Program-made: the position numbers and the translations under genes
Part shown: positions 14,621 through 26,810 of the stretch, one piece after another
Position numbering within the stretch: position 1 is the stretch's first letter
Layout of the letters: the number at the start of each line of letters is the position of its first letter
Source of the DNA: Trichoplax adhaerens
Lineage: Eukaryota > Animalia > Placozoa
Length of the DNA: 64,000 bases
Assembly: GCF_000150275.1 (NCBI RefSeq)
Contig: NW_002060949.1
Span: 1,113,836 to 1,177,835, forward strand
Reading direction: 5' to 3'
Notes under the pieces: generated by a model
Database searches by the model: none
Told to the model about the DNA's origin: nothing
Seen by the model: the letters and a program-made list of their open reading frames with translations, nothing else

Positions 14621-17152
14621 AGGAAGCTTTTATGAAATGTACTGCGAAAAGCATGATATTCTAATTCTGTGTCATATTGCAAGGGAACTTTAGCTGAAAT
14701 ATCAATTAGATATAGTCCTTGCTTGACATAGAAGTACCAATATTCATACAATTATTTTTATGAATAGTTCTAAAAGGTTCCGTTTATAAAGTATTCAATT
14801 CTTAGTTATACTTCAACGATGTTAATTAATTTTTAAGTGAAAGAAATGACATCAAATACGTATACTTATCTCAGAAATCTTGTACAGTTAATGATACCTT
14901 TCATTCTATAACACCTATTGCTTAATCTAGTAGTAACACCTTTATCGATAACATCACCTGTTAGTCATCGTCTACAGAAAATACTCATCATTAACTTTCA
15001 GTTAGATGTTCATATCTCGAAAATTTCCAAACAGCTTGTATTAATGGCGCGTCTGTGCTTTATGCAATTTATAAATGAACAGATTCAATAGAATAAAACT
15101 GCCTGACTTACTATATTACGTACATGACAATATACATCCTATTTTTTCCTTGTTAGGTATCATTATCAAATGCATAACCCTTATTGTTACACGCGTTACT
15201 TCTTTAACTAACAGATGACAGTCAATCATAGCAATTTTTCATTATAGTTGCTATTCTTTTTCGCGAAGAGTATTACCGAAATGATGAAATAATGCTTATT
15301 ACTAAGATTTCATTCGTGTAATACTGCTTCCTTAGGCAACAAGCAAAGTCTATGCACTGTAAGTTATAATTTCATGTATGCAACATGTATTCGTATAAAT
15401 GCTAGATTAAACTTATTACCTATATTAAATTATCCAATATTTTTGGATTAACTACTTATATTAACTATCCTACCTGGCAAATAATATGAAATCGCTGGAG
15501 CTATTACGTGCCCTGTAAAAAAGGGTTATAAAACTTATAAAAGATAGTATATTCATTTACTGCAATGACATGCCTATACATATAAGTTAAAATTAATTAT
15601 CGATTATGCTGTTACAGCACATTAAAAGAAATGCCAATTTTCGTTTAAAATCAATGCCCTACGCCAGTTATTTGCTACAAAAACATGACATATACCGCAA
15701 TGTTATAAGATCCAGCCAGCACTAGAGTTCTCTATTAATTCCTTATAACTAGTTATATTAGTACCGTACCAGCAAATGAAAAGATTAATTGAATGCATGA
15801 ACGCTTAATTGGGATAAGCCATTATGTTATAGCTGACAAACATCGGATCATCAGAATCTTACAGATTGGATAAATACTGTAAATTTTTCAGTTATTTGTC
15901 TTATCTATAATCACCGTTAAATCCAGCTAATTACAATAAATTTTAGGCACTCTATACTGATTGATATATCAAGATTATAAATTAAATTCTTTCAGTTAGT
16001 TGCATGCAGTATCTAGTCTATTAAGCACTAGCTAGCGGCAGCTATTACATTAGACCATGTTATAAAAGTGAATATTCAGACAATATGCCCACTCAATAGG
16101 TAAATTTCTTATCAGGACTTCAAATGGAAATTTTTTAATAACAACGATAAAATTCTTGTTATCAACCATAAAAAGAATAACCAAACAGATAATTTACTAA
16201 CACGCTCGCTTATGTATCTAAGCCAGTAGATGTACCTACTTAATTGAAGTGTAACATATTACTATACCATATCGTTATATTACTGTGAATTATATCTCAA
16301 GAATGGCAAGTACACTAAAATCGAAGTATATAATCAATATTTAATGGGAATTAAATAAGCACTTTCCGTTATAAATTATTACTTATGTATCATTTACAGT
16401 CATTTTGCTATTAAAATTTTCAGCTTACGTGTACAGTAGAAAAATTTTCAACGGTAAAACTTATTCAATTTTATCAGCTCGAAGTGAAACCGTTATTATA
16501 TTGCAAACATATCGAATTGCTATCTCAAACCTAGTCTTATAACTAGAGAAAAATACAAAAAGTTAAAAGTAGAATTGTAGAAAATAATTCTAATACCGAT
16601 TTCTCAAAGGCAAACAGTTGATCAATAGACTCACTTTTTAGACTAATACGTTGTAAATCTTATTTTTAGTAACGATACAATATTATAGGCACTGTTATTA
16701 GTGCTTTCTATTACTCAGTTAGTATTATAATTATAATAAATTAATAATATTATTAAACATGAATACATTTAATTTACGAAATCCTAGAGTTGCCAAAATC
16801 AGGTCATAAATCCTATAAATCAGATGTGATCAAAGAATTAAGCAAGCATTTAAATCTGTAACTATAGATTATTGTTAGTTGCATGACGCGAAGCATCTGC
16901 TCTTTCTCGTTCCTGTTTCTGCTCAGTATTTCGGTAAAATCGATGCATACAATATCATAATGGCTGATTTTTGAAGCATGTACTAGTAATGTAGTCATAA
17001 CAGACTATCATTTACTGAATCGTATACGTTAACGATCAAGTCTAAGATTACATTCTTCAAGGAAATGACATCTATAGCACAAAAAAATTATGACAGTAAG
17101 ATGGTTATTCATGTTCTGCTACGTGTATTTTAAAAGATAAAGCAAGTTAGAC

Positions 17153-20100
17153 CTATACAATAGTTTCTGGAACTTTCTGATCTTTGTTATTGATTTCAGC
17201 ATGACCATCTGTAGTAGTATCATGTTCAAGTTGTTCCATAAGTTTAAACCGTATTTGATCGACATCATTATCATGATCAGTTATTTCTGCATTACCCTCA
17301 TCCAATTCCGATATCGGACCAGTTTCTTCTTCTAATTGATATATTTGAGCACCAGCAGATTTATCTTCGTACGAATCATATCCATTATTCTTATTAAGTG
17401 TATAAAAGGATTTATCATCGCCATTAAATGTTTCTTCATCAGAAGAGTCAGAAAACTGTTCACTCTCTTTCCTTTCCGGATCTTTCCTTTTAAACCAGAA
17501 TGGCGTGGAGAAAAATTTCATTTCTTTTTTACGCTGTGTATATATCTCATTGAAGTTATTAAATATAATTGGTATTGGCAATGCCACTATTAAAACACCA
17601 GTAATACAACATAGGATGCCGATAATTTGTCCAGGTATCGTGGTAGGATGCGTGTCGCCATAGCCAACAGTGGTCATGGTTATATATCCCCACCAAAAAG
17701 TTCCCGGAATACTTTTAAATTGAGTACCATTAACATCCCTCTCGGCATAATAAACAAATCCAGAGAATATGGTAACGCCAATAGTTAGAAATAAATTTAA
17801 TAAAAATAATTCTCGCCAACTTTTTTTCAAAGTCAATCCTAGAATCTGTAAACCTGATGAATGACGTGCCAATTTTAACACTCGTAAAACTCGTAGCATA
17901 CGTATTAATAATAATGATTTAGCAATACCCTCGATACCCTTAAAGTCCTCAGTACTATTAACATCAGTCTGCCTTCGTTCTATATTAATAGCGATTAAGT
18001 TAATATAAAATGGCAATATTGCTATTAAATCGATTATATTTAACAGTCCTTTTAAAAATTGCCATTTATTCGGTGAGGATAAAAATCGAACAACATATTC
18101 GAATGTAAACCATACGATGCAAATCACTTCAATGACTTCAATCGCTGAATTGTTCATGAAGTCGCTAATGGTGCTGATGCACATGACCACGGTAGAAAGA
18201 ATGATAAAAGTAACGGAAACAATTGCCATAATCTATAAATCAGAAAAGAAATAAGCGATTGAGAATTACTCATTCAATCTGGATGTTAGTTATTTTAACG
18301 AATGATTACAATTCAACTCGATCTCAATATAGTTCTCTAGCATCATATAGTTTGCTAGCACACATAAAGATGAGAGGGAAAGCATAGAATAATAAGTTTG
18401 AGTACATTTCATTTTGAAAATTTTACTTGCATAGAATTAAACTTATGGATAGTGTGTAGAAACAGACTGCACATTGATGTAAGCTAATAGAGTCATGGCA
18501 ATTTAAAAATCTACGTATCCTTTTTGCAGCTTTGTACTCACGTAAACTTGAATTTGTAGATACATAAAACTGTTCACCACTCTCTACTAATGATTTAGAA
18601 TTAGTTTTCAGATAGATTACTGCAGCATACCGTGATACAAGTCAATTTAATATAATAACATATAAATTTATTCGAAATTTACACCACCATGTCGGACAGC
18701 ACGTAGAATTAAGTATTGTCGACATAAGCTAATTCAATATTGGAATAGACTAAAAAAATAACTATATCCTGATTTTGTAACTAATTCGATCAGGAAGATT
18801 AGATAAGGTAACAATAATTAATTGATTCTATTCACTTTTTGCAAAAAAAATATTAATGTTTTTAAAAATCATAATTATATCATAGTAACACGCGATTAAA
18901 GAAAATAATAAAAAAATAATTCATCATAACATTAATATATCTTTGTGATATACAAATTATTCACTGAGCAGTTATAAGATAAGTTTACTTAGTCAATTTT
19001 ATTGACATCAAAGTATTGAAACTATAATCTATTACTAGAAAGGCAAAAAATGGAGCACAGAAGATCGTAGCGTAAATGTTAAAAAATTACTTGAAATAAC
19101 AATACCCGCATACACTAATACTGCTTTAAAGTTTAGGCTGTAACTTTTTACGTTTTACTACATTTTGTCATTGCGTGTTAACAAACTCTGTCCATTAAGC
19201 TAAGGAAATTACTCCAACTGATGCGTATCAGAAGCAACAGTCAAATAACTATCACATCCGATATCTAATATTGAAACACCTTAGCGATATTGTTGACAAC
19301 GAAATTTAAGACTATCGTCTGAATAGCTAATTGTGGACAGAAGATATTTATTGTCAATTGCACATTTGTGCAGTAGTTAATGTCACATATGCAATTAGAT
19401 AATATCGACAATTCTGCAAATGATAAAAATTTATATATCAATTTTAATAGCTGCAATGCAAAGTCAAATTATTGGCGATTCTATAAGAATAACCGTGAAA
19501 TAGGTGTCTGTTATGGTAGTTTTAAATTTTATACGCAATTTTAAAGTGCCTGAGCGTAATTATTCTAAAAATGTATAGTAAAGTAGAAAAAGTGGCAGTA
19601 ATTATCTCGTCTTTCTTACTAACACAATTGTCACAGTGTTCGAATTTATCAGAATAATGGCAATAAAATACTATTTTGTACTGTACTCCATACAACAAAG
19701 TACAGTAGGGCTGCTTCACGTTATACCTTACTGTGTTCTAGTAAATAGGTCTCACTAATCACGCATTATTATAAAGATCGTCATGGATGAAGCAGCCAAA
19801 TAAAGAATTATTCATACAATCATAATATGTATGCTTCAGGTCTCTAGTAGAAGCAAGATATATATTTGCATAGCCTATCTATGATATAAATAATCTATAT
19901 CGAATTCAATTCAATTTATCGCTACGGTACTCGTTATTTTCAATTATATCGGATAATCAAGCTTTGGATACTAATCCATGATTAAATAATTTCTTATTAG
20001 TATCAGTACAGTATCAAGATATTACAAGTATTAGTAATTAGTTTTACTTCTAAAATACAAATCACACTAGAAGTATTTGGACTTCGATATCAGTACATCT

Positions 20101-22090
20101 TCTGAATAATAATGTATAGCGAGTAAGATAAGCAACGCAAGCTTATACAAATTGAATTATAACCGCTTACTTTAATTTTCATACGGAATCTTAATCATTA
20201 ATAATGACATTATCAACTGTGGGTGCAGAAAAGCTTTTTAAAATTAATCAGTTTTGGAACGTCTCTATAGTGCTAGTTAAGTGCAGAAAAATAGATCAAA
20301 TATGGCAAATTGATGGTTTTCTGAAAATACCTCTTGGACTAGTTGATAGCCAAATGTGTATATTTAATAAATCATATTCGAAGGCTTGTAGCAATTAAAT
20401 TTAATGGATGTACGTGCAGACTACATACTGAATTTTTGCGCTATTAACAGCACAAACTACTATGTAGCGTCTGATATGACTTGATAATTACTGGAGGGTC
20501 CTGGTTACTAAAAACTTGCCAACTATCATTAAACCTTTTACACGTATATCAAAGCTGCAGTAAAACATGATTCAGTGTCTGCTAATAGTTGTGTTAATAA
20601 ATCAAAGAAGAGAAAATTAATAATTAGGTGAAGTCACTTGATTTATCGACTTAAATTATATATTTTGATTTTTTTCAATTTTATGATAAGATTGAAAAAA
20701 GTGCAAGAAAACCTTAAAATTATACTTGAAGGTTGGCACTTTTTATGATCACATAGTATGGTAGAGCTTAAGATAAACTAGTATATTAAAATTGAAGCTA
20801 AATCAGGTATAAAAGATGTTTGTATACATCTCTGTAGTCAAGCATTCAGTCCTTTTTATATAATCAAATTTTACATCCTAGTTAAATTTTTTAGGAATAT
20901 TTACATGCCAGATTGTTAAAAGTATTGTAATGGCCAGGCTAAATAAAACAAATCTATCACAACTAATCGGTATTATTTTCTTAATGTTCATTTAATTTTG
21001 TTTCGATCGTTATAGAAATTGATGAAATTTTATAGAATGCAGAAAAATCAATAAAGCACCTCTCAGTTTTGACAATAGAGCAAGGGCATCTATTCATTTT
21101 TTGAAAATAAGTATTCTATTAAACAAATTACACAAGTCATGCCATTTATAACTGCATTTATAGTATTGATGAGTGAATAAAAGATTAGTTTTTTCAAGTA
21201 AATATTCAAAAATGAAGATTTTAAAAGTCAAGCTTGAAATAAGATTTAGTACAGGACAATAAGTTAGAACTTCGCGAGTGATAATAAAATAAAAATATTG
21301 GTGGCAATTTCATTGCACTTACTCTTGCCATAGTTGAGGAATTCGGTTTTTCAAACAGAGTCCATATTTTGTTTTGATATCTTTTAAACCGATTTTTGAT
21401 CTTATCCTGGCTATGATTACTTTCCGCCTCAACATCCTCTTTTACTTCAAATCCTATCGTTAAAGACATTTTTTTCATTTTTTCATTATCCATCATTTCA
21501 GTAATCATAATACTTTCTTCTTTTTCTTGCTGATAGCGATCACGACAACATGGTTCTAATTCCCATTCATCTATTTTCCAATAATTTAACTCCTCTTCTA
21601 ATATTGCTGAACATCTTTCAGCTGGTAAATGTAATTTTCCTGTCCTATAATAATCGAGTATACAGGAAAATGTATTTGGATTACGATCAAAATAGAACTC
21701 TCCTTTGACCAAATCGTAATCATCGCATAATTCGGCAATTTCATCATGAGATTTCGCTTTCATCAAATAGAATAATCGAGATGATGGAAATTTACGAATT
21801 GTTTTTCTTAATACTTCGTGCTCAATGCCACCAACGTTAACATGAATACGTCGACGTTTTACTGTACCAGGAAAACTCGCGGTTGTTGTAAAGGGTATGT
21901 CTATTTGTCCAATGGGATCACTTTCGATACGAAGTGGACGTTTATTATATCGTATCATTTTTTTGTTGATATTACTTTTGATTTCATTTCTTAAAATATT
22001 ACTAGGTAATGAATATTCCAATTTTCGGCTACGATTTCGATCTCTTAAGTCATTTTGTTGACTTGAGGTATTAGCACTGCGTGTGTACAT
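17153..22090 (-). CDS. KCNB: Voltage-gated potassium channel, Shab/Kv2 family, about 615 aa, 2 coding exons
   Basis: Exon 21323-22090 encodes a T1 domain (NVGG, LCDDY, FYFDRNP, LEPCC) ending EKPNSSTMAR; exon 17153-18232 encodes S1-S6 with S4 RMLRVLRVLKLARHSSGL, pore TMTTVGYGD and S6 PIPII. Phase-0 GT-AG intron just before S1, as in vertebrate Kv2. Confidence 0.93.
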
Positions 22091-24482
22091 CTTGAAAGTA
22101 GAACTTTTTATTGTCTGGTTGGAGAATCTTTGCTGTGTAATGCAAAAAAATGAATAATAACTTTTACTATGCGTATATAGAACTCCCTAAATTACAGATC
22201 TTTTACCATTCAAATATTGAAGGTAATAAAAGCAGTATTAAAGAAAAATTTCCTTATTCCATTCAATTCTATTTGTGCAGGAAATGTTTAATACTAATTT
22301 ATAGCATGAGGACATTATAAGTAACTATCATCATTGCCATGGATCAAAGTAAATTGATGCGATGATAGTAATTTGTAAACTGTATTTTTCAAAATCAGTA
22401 AAGTGTGCTCTAGAGAAAATTGGCTATACCAGTAAATTGGATCACGCATCAAAGCTATAAAAGAAATTGTTACACTTCAATAAAAATTTTCATTTCTGCT
22501 TCAGTATTTCCTATCGAAGTATAACGGCATCGCGGAAACTGTCGTCTTGATTTATCTTAATCTATCTACTCCACACCGTGTGAACTAGGGTACAGTACAT
22601 TAATCAACGAGAAAATGATTAAGGGGATAATTATAGCAAACATGAAAATAAGATTTATTATACATTCTGACTTACGATAATTAAAAATCTTCTTCTAGAT
22701 GTTCAACAATTCTCCAGGATAGATATAACTTCAAAATCGATTAATACCGTGTTGCAGAAAGTGATATTTGATACGGGTAGTTATTGTAATCATCGATAGT
22801 AATACTTATTAACGGTCACTAATCGACCGTGCTATTACAAATGGAAAAGTAAGCTAACAACATCATCAACAAGACTGGATGATTTCCAAAAAAGAAAGTC
22901 GTTTATAGGATGGAAATAACGGTCTATAAACAATGCGTTAAAGAACAGGTGTATTGTCTAGACTGATTACACTACTGTTGCTTTCTACCCGTTACGCAGT
23001 AATTTCTTTCTTTTATGATATCAATGGAAAATAAAAGCGAAGAATAAGTCTATGACAACGTCAGCAAAAAGCTTTATAGAAGCAGTTGAGTATTGACTAA
23101 ATCTCTAGATTTCCTATTCATGGTTCTATAGAGAGAGAGCATAGAAGACTACTTGAACAAGGGCCAATTCACTTGGAGTTGTATGTGTGTTTACGTTAGA
23201 CTTTGATATCTATTAGTTTGTAGAGAAGCAACCAAGTAACGCATTCCAATAACTATATTAAATATCAAAAAATGATCTAATTTTTGAATCGATCAGCATG
23301 AAAATAACTCTGTTGTTAGTTTAGCTACATGTATCAATATATTATTTTCCTCATACTCTCCATATCTCTCTTCTCAAGGATAGTCCTTCAGTTAAAGTGA
23401 TCATCTTAGCTTTTGTATGTTCGTTCCCTAAAATGATGATTTAATGTATAGCCAGACTGAAATTGTAAGCATGTAAGTAGCTAGTAAACACGCATATCAT
23501 TGGTACGCGAGGACATTGAACTCAAGAGCACTAGCTGCGCTTATAATCACGATATTCCGATATTCAGTTGATCTCTTTCCTATGATTCTGGATGCTGACC
23601 TAGCGTCATCTCAAAATTTGCAAACTGCCGTTTAGTCTGGCATCAGGCCATTTGCTGGTAAACCAATCTACTAGGTATCAAGTATTCCTTACTCAAATTT
23701 GAGCAGTAAAACAATATTACATGTACAAGTAGGCTAAAACTTATAATATTATATCGATAGTTGAGCTTTCAGATCATCAGAAGTCACGAATATCCAGAGA
23801 TTTTAAGCATTTCTCGTTGACCAACGGCTAAACAATAACATGAGAAACTTTGCTAACTGTAAGCATTTTCAAATTACAAATTGTCATTATAGCATTTTGT
23901 GATGTACAGTATTTGTATACATCATTTTAATTTCAGTTATATCAGGGAGAAATTATATCTGGATCTATCTGGAAATAATCATAATAAATCTAGTACCAGT
24001 AAGTCTATATATAGCAAGAAAAATGTTTGAACAATAACTCCATTATACACGCTCGTATAGTACTGTATGAATATTGTAATCGACAACGGCATCTGTATTC
24101 TACCTATTCTCGCATGCTATGATATCGGTTTCGTTTTGAAATATTGTGTCACACATTGACTTGTAATGATTTCCTGTCTGTTGAAAGTAGTTTACTGTGC
24201 TGTATTTATAGCCCTGCCACTTTAAGAAGAATTCATTCATAATTATAATAATTAATAATCATCATCCTATCTATCTTTTAAAATAGCGAGTGTTGATACT
24301 ATGGATCGTACTAAAATACAGTACAGGACTGCTTGTCGCGGTCCGTAAATTACGAGACTAGACAAGCAAAATACAATTATACGTATTGTAGTGTACAGTA
24401 ATAGTTCGGTCGGCGAAGGGTAGGACGTTTTAGCTAGTAATCATAATAATAGCTAGCTATAGCTACTACTCACAGAATTTTA

Positions 24483-24655
24483 TTGTAGTATATAGTATGT
24501 AGATCGTTATTGCGAATGTATCCATTTTGCTGTATCCATTAGCACTAAAACGCTATCCTGTACAGTATTACTGTTGTAGTATATAGTATGTAAATCGTTA
24601 TGGCGAAGGTATCCATTTTACTGTATCCATTAGCACTAAAACGCTATCCTGTACA
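24483..24655. repeat. Two-copy tandem duplication, period 91 bp
   Basis: ttgtagtatatagtatgtaRatcgttatKgcgaaKgtatccattttRctgtatccattagcactaaaacgctatcctgtaca at 24483 and 24574 with about 4 substitutions. Confidence 0.9.
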
Positions 24656-24740
24656 ATAGTATGGTGAATCATATTACTCGTGAATTGTACACTATGGCAT
24701 AAGAAAACATGCAACTAAAAAGTACGTCATATTTGTCAAT

Positions 24741-24781
24741 ATCATGGACTACTAGAAGGAGACCTTCCAGTAGTCCATGGT
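24741..24781. promoter_or_regulatory. Head-to-head palindrome of the CATGGACTACTRGAAGG motif
   Basis: ATCATGGACTACTAGAAGG-AGA-CCTTCCAGTAGTCCATGGT (19-bp arms, 2 mismatches); the arm matches the anchor repeated four times at 32709-33120. Regulatory role is inferred from position. Confidence 0.55.
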
Positions 24782-24831
24782 AAATACCCGCAAGAAATGG
24801 CAATAAAGAAAATCCACTACCACTGTCTTCC

Positions 24832-25570
24832 ACACAGTACAGTACTGTACACTGTACTGTACAGTATTTCAACTTAGCTCGGGGTACTGTACTGTACTGT
24901 ACAGTACAGTGTACAGTACAAGTACCGTAGGATATTTCTGGAAGTTCATAGTGCAGTACTGTACAGTAGTGTACAGTACTGTATGGTTTCGTGGACGTGA
25001 TAATGTTGCATAACTTCATCACAAATAAAGGAAAGATTGATTTTACTGGAATCGGACAGTGATCGGACAGATTCAATGCAATCGGACAGTCTACCGTATG
25101 GTTTCGATTGACGTGATAATACGTACAGTATGGCATCAACTTGTGCAGCTTTTGTTTTGTTTCCATTACAGTACTGTACACTGTGTTTTACAGTACAATA
25201 TACAGTAGTATATGTACTGTACGCTGATCAGAGTGACGGATGGGTGGATAGTCTATCGTATGGTTTCGAATCTTTCGATTGACGTGATAATACAGTATGG
25301 CATCAACTTGTGCAGTAATGTGCAGCTTTTGTTTATACACTGTAAATTACAGTACAATGTACAGTACTTTATGTACTGTACACTGATCAGAATGTGACGT
25401 ACAGTATTACACAGTCTACCGTATGGTTTCGATTGACGTGATAATATGGCATCAACTTAGACCTGGCATCAACTTGTGCAGCTTTTGTTTCCATTACAGT
25501 ACTGTACCGTACAGTGTACAGTACAGTGCTGTACAGTGTACAGTACAGTGTTGTACAGTGTACTGTCACT
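24832..25570. repeat. Composite TACAG-filler array between the divergent Kv2 and CABLES genes
   Basis: Anchor GTATGGTTTCG(ATT)GACGTGATAAT at about 24981, 25097, 25258, 25421; GGCATCAACTTGTGCAG three times; CTGATCAGA twice; ATCGGACAG three times; period about 162 bp for the last three units; flanked and interleaved by TACAG/CTGTA filler. Confidence 0.85.
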
Positions 25571-26810
25571 GTGGTCGAAGTCTGAGAAATCTGGTGATGA
25601 GACACTGACGTTATCCTCCAGTCAAAAATTATTTATTCCCTAGCTGCAAATCCCAAAGCCATCAACTGATCAACTCGTTCAAAGTTATTATTTCAGTCAT
25701 TCAACATTACATCAGCGAGAGCGAACAAGTTTGGAACAATACTTTGGTCGAAATAATGCTATCCATGATAAGACTGCGTCGTCGTATGTTGCCTTATTAC
25801 AGTGGTGTAATAATTCATTAATGACAGCAATCATTGAGACGAGAGTTCAGAGCAAAATCAACAGAGGGAAAAATAGGTTACAATTTTACAGCTAATATTG
25901 CCCAATTTTACATTAAACCAAGAAATCAATTGGCAAGCATTCATTTCTATCTTGGTCAATACTTTATACTTGGTATTGAGTAGTTGGACGACAACTTTTT
26001 CTTGTATTTCACAGTCAGAAAAAAGATAACATGATACCAATGATATCAACATTGAAATCCTATCGTATTGTAATTACCTGCCACTATTCGATAGGCAGCA
26101 TTTTCATCCATTAATTAATACCATAAAGCGGTCATTTGCTCTTTAATTTCCCAACATTTTTCTTGTGTTAATCATCGTTCTTTACCTGAAAAAAAGATCG
26201 ACATTTCATCTTGGTTCGATTGCAACATTGTTATTGTGCTCACGGTACGAAGTGACGCTGGATCTTATTCAGTAGTCCAATATTATCGTTCAACTACTGA
26301 TTCGATTTATAATCACTCGTTAACCTATCAGCATTGAATTGAATCTATCTTGCAAATCATTTGCACTAACGCAATCAAATATGCACTTGATCTAATCGGC
26401 TATTGCGATTCTATTGAACTCAATTCTATCTGAAAATGCAGTGATACAATCAAAATTGATCCCTTTCAACTCAGTTGTGTAGTTCAGAAGAAAAAGTAAC
26501 GTTAACCATTCATACTCGTATTCGTACCAGTGAAACAAATTGCACTCTTTCAATTCATCTTTCTTAATTAATCTTGTCCAGCGCATTTTATTTCCACTTT
26601 TGCTGCTGTTAACTGCCATAAATACTCATACTTATTATTTTTCTCAAAGCTGTACCCTTTACTTAAGCAAAACTATCAGAAAACCATTCATTGGCAAATA
26701 GCATACTACGGTATTGCAATTAACTCGATCTAACCATATTTACAAGCATTGCTGTAAAGGCGAAGCCAACCTACTTTCCGTACCGATAGCTCAGCATTCA
26801 ACACACTATC

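Noticed and set aside
18515-18523. GTATCCTTT U12-donor consensus
   Set aside because: Antisense within the Kv2 intron, with no upstream exon or matching branch/acceptor found.
26392-26619. 75-aa minus-strand ORF MAVNSSKSGNK...
   Set aside because: No homology recognised and no consistent spliced continuation; lies in the probable CABLES leader or promoter.
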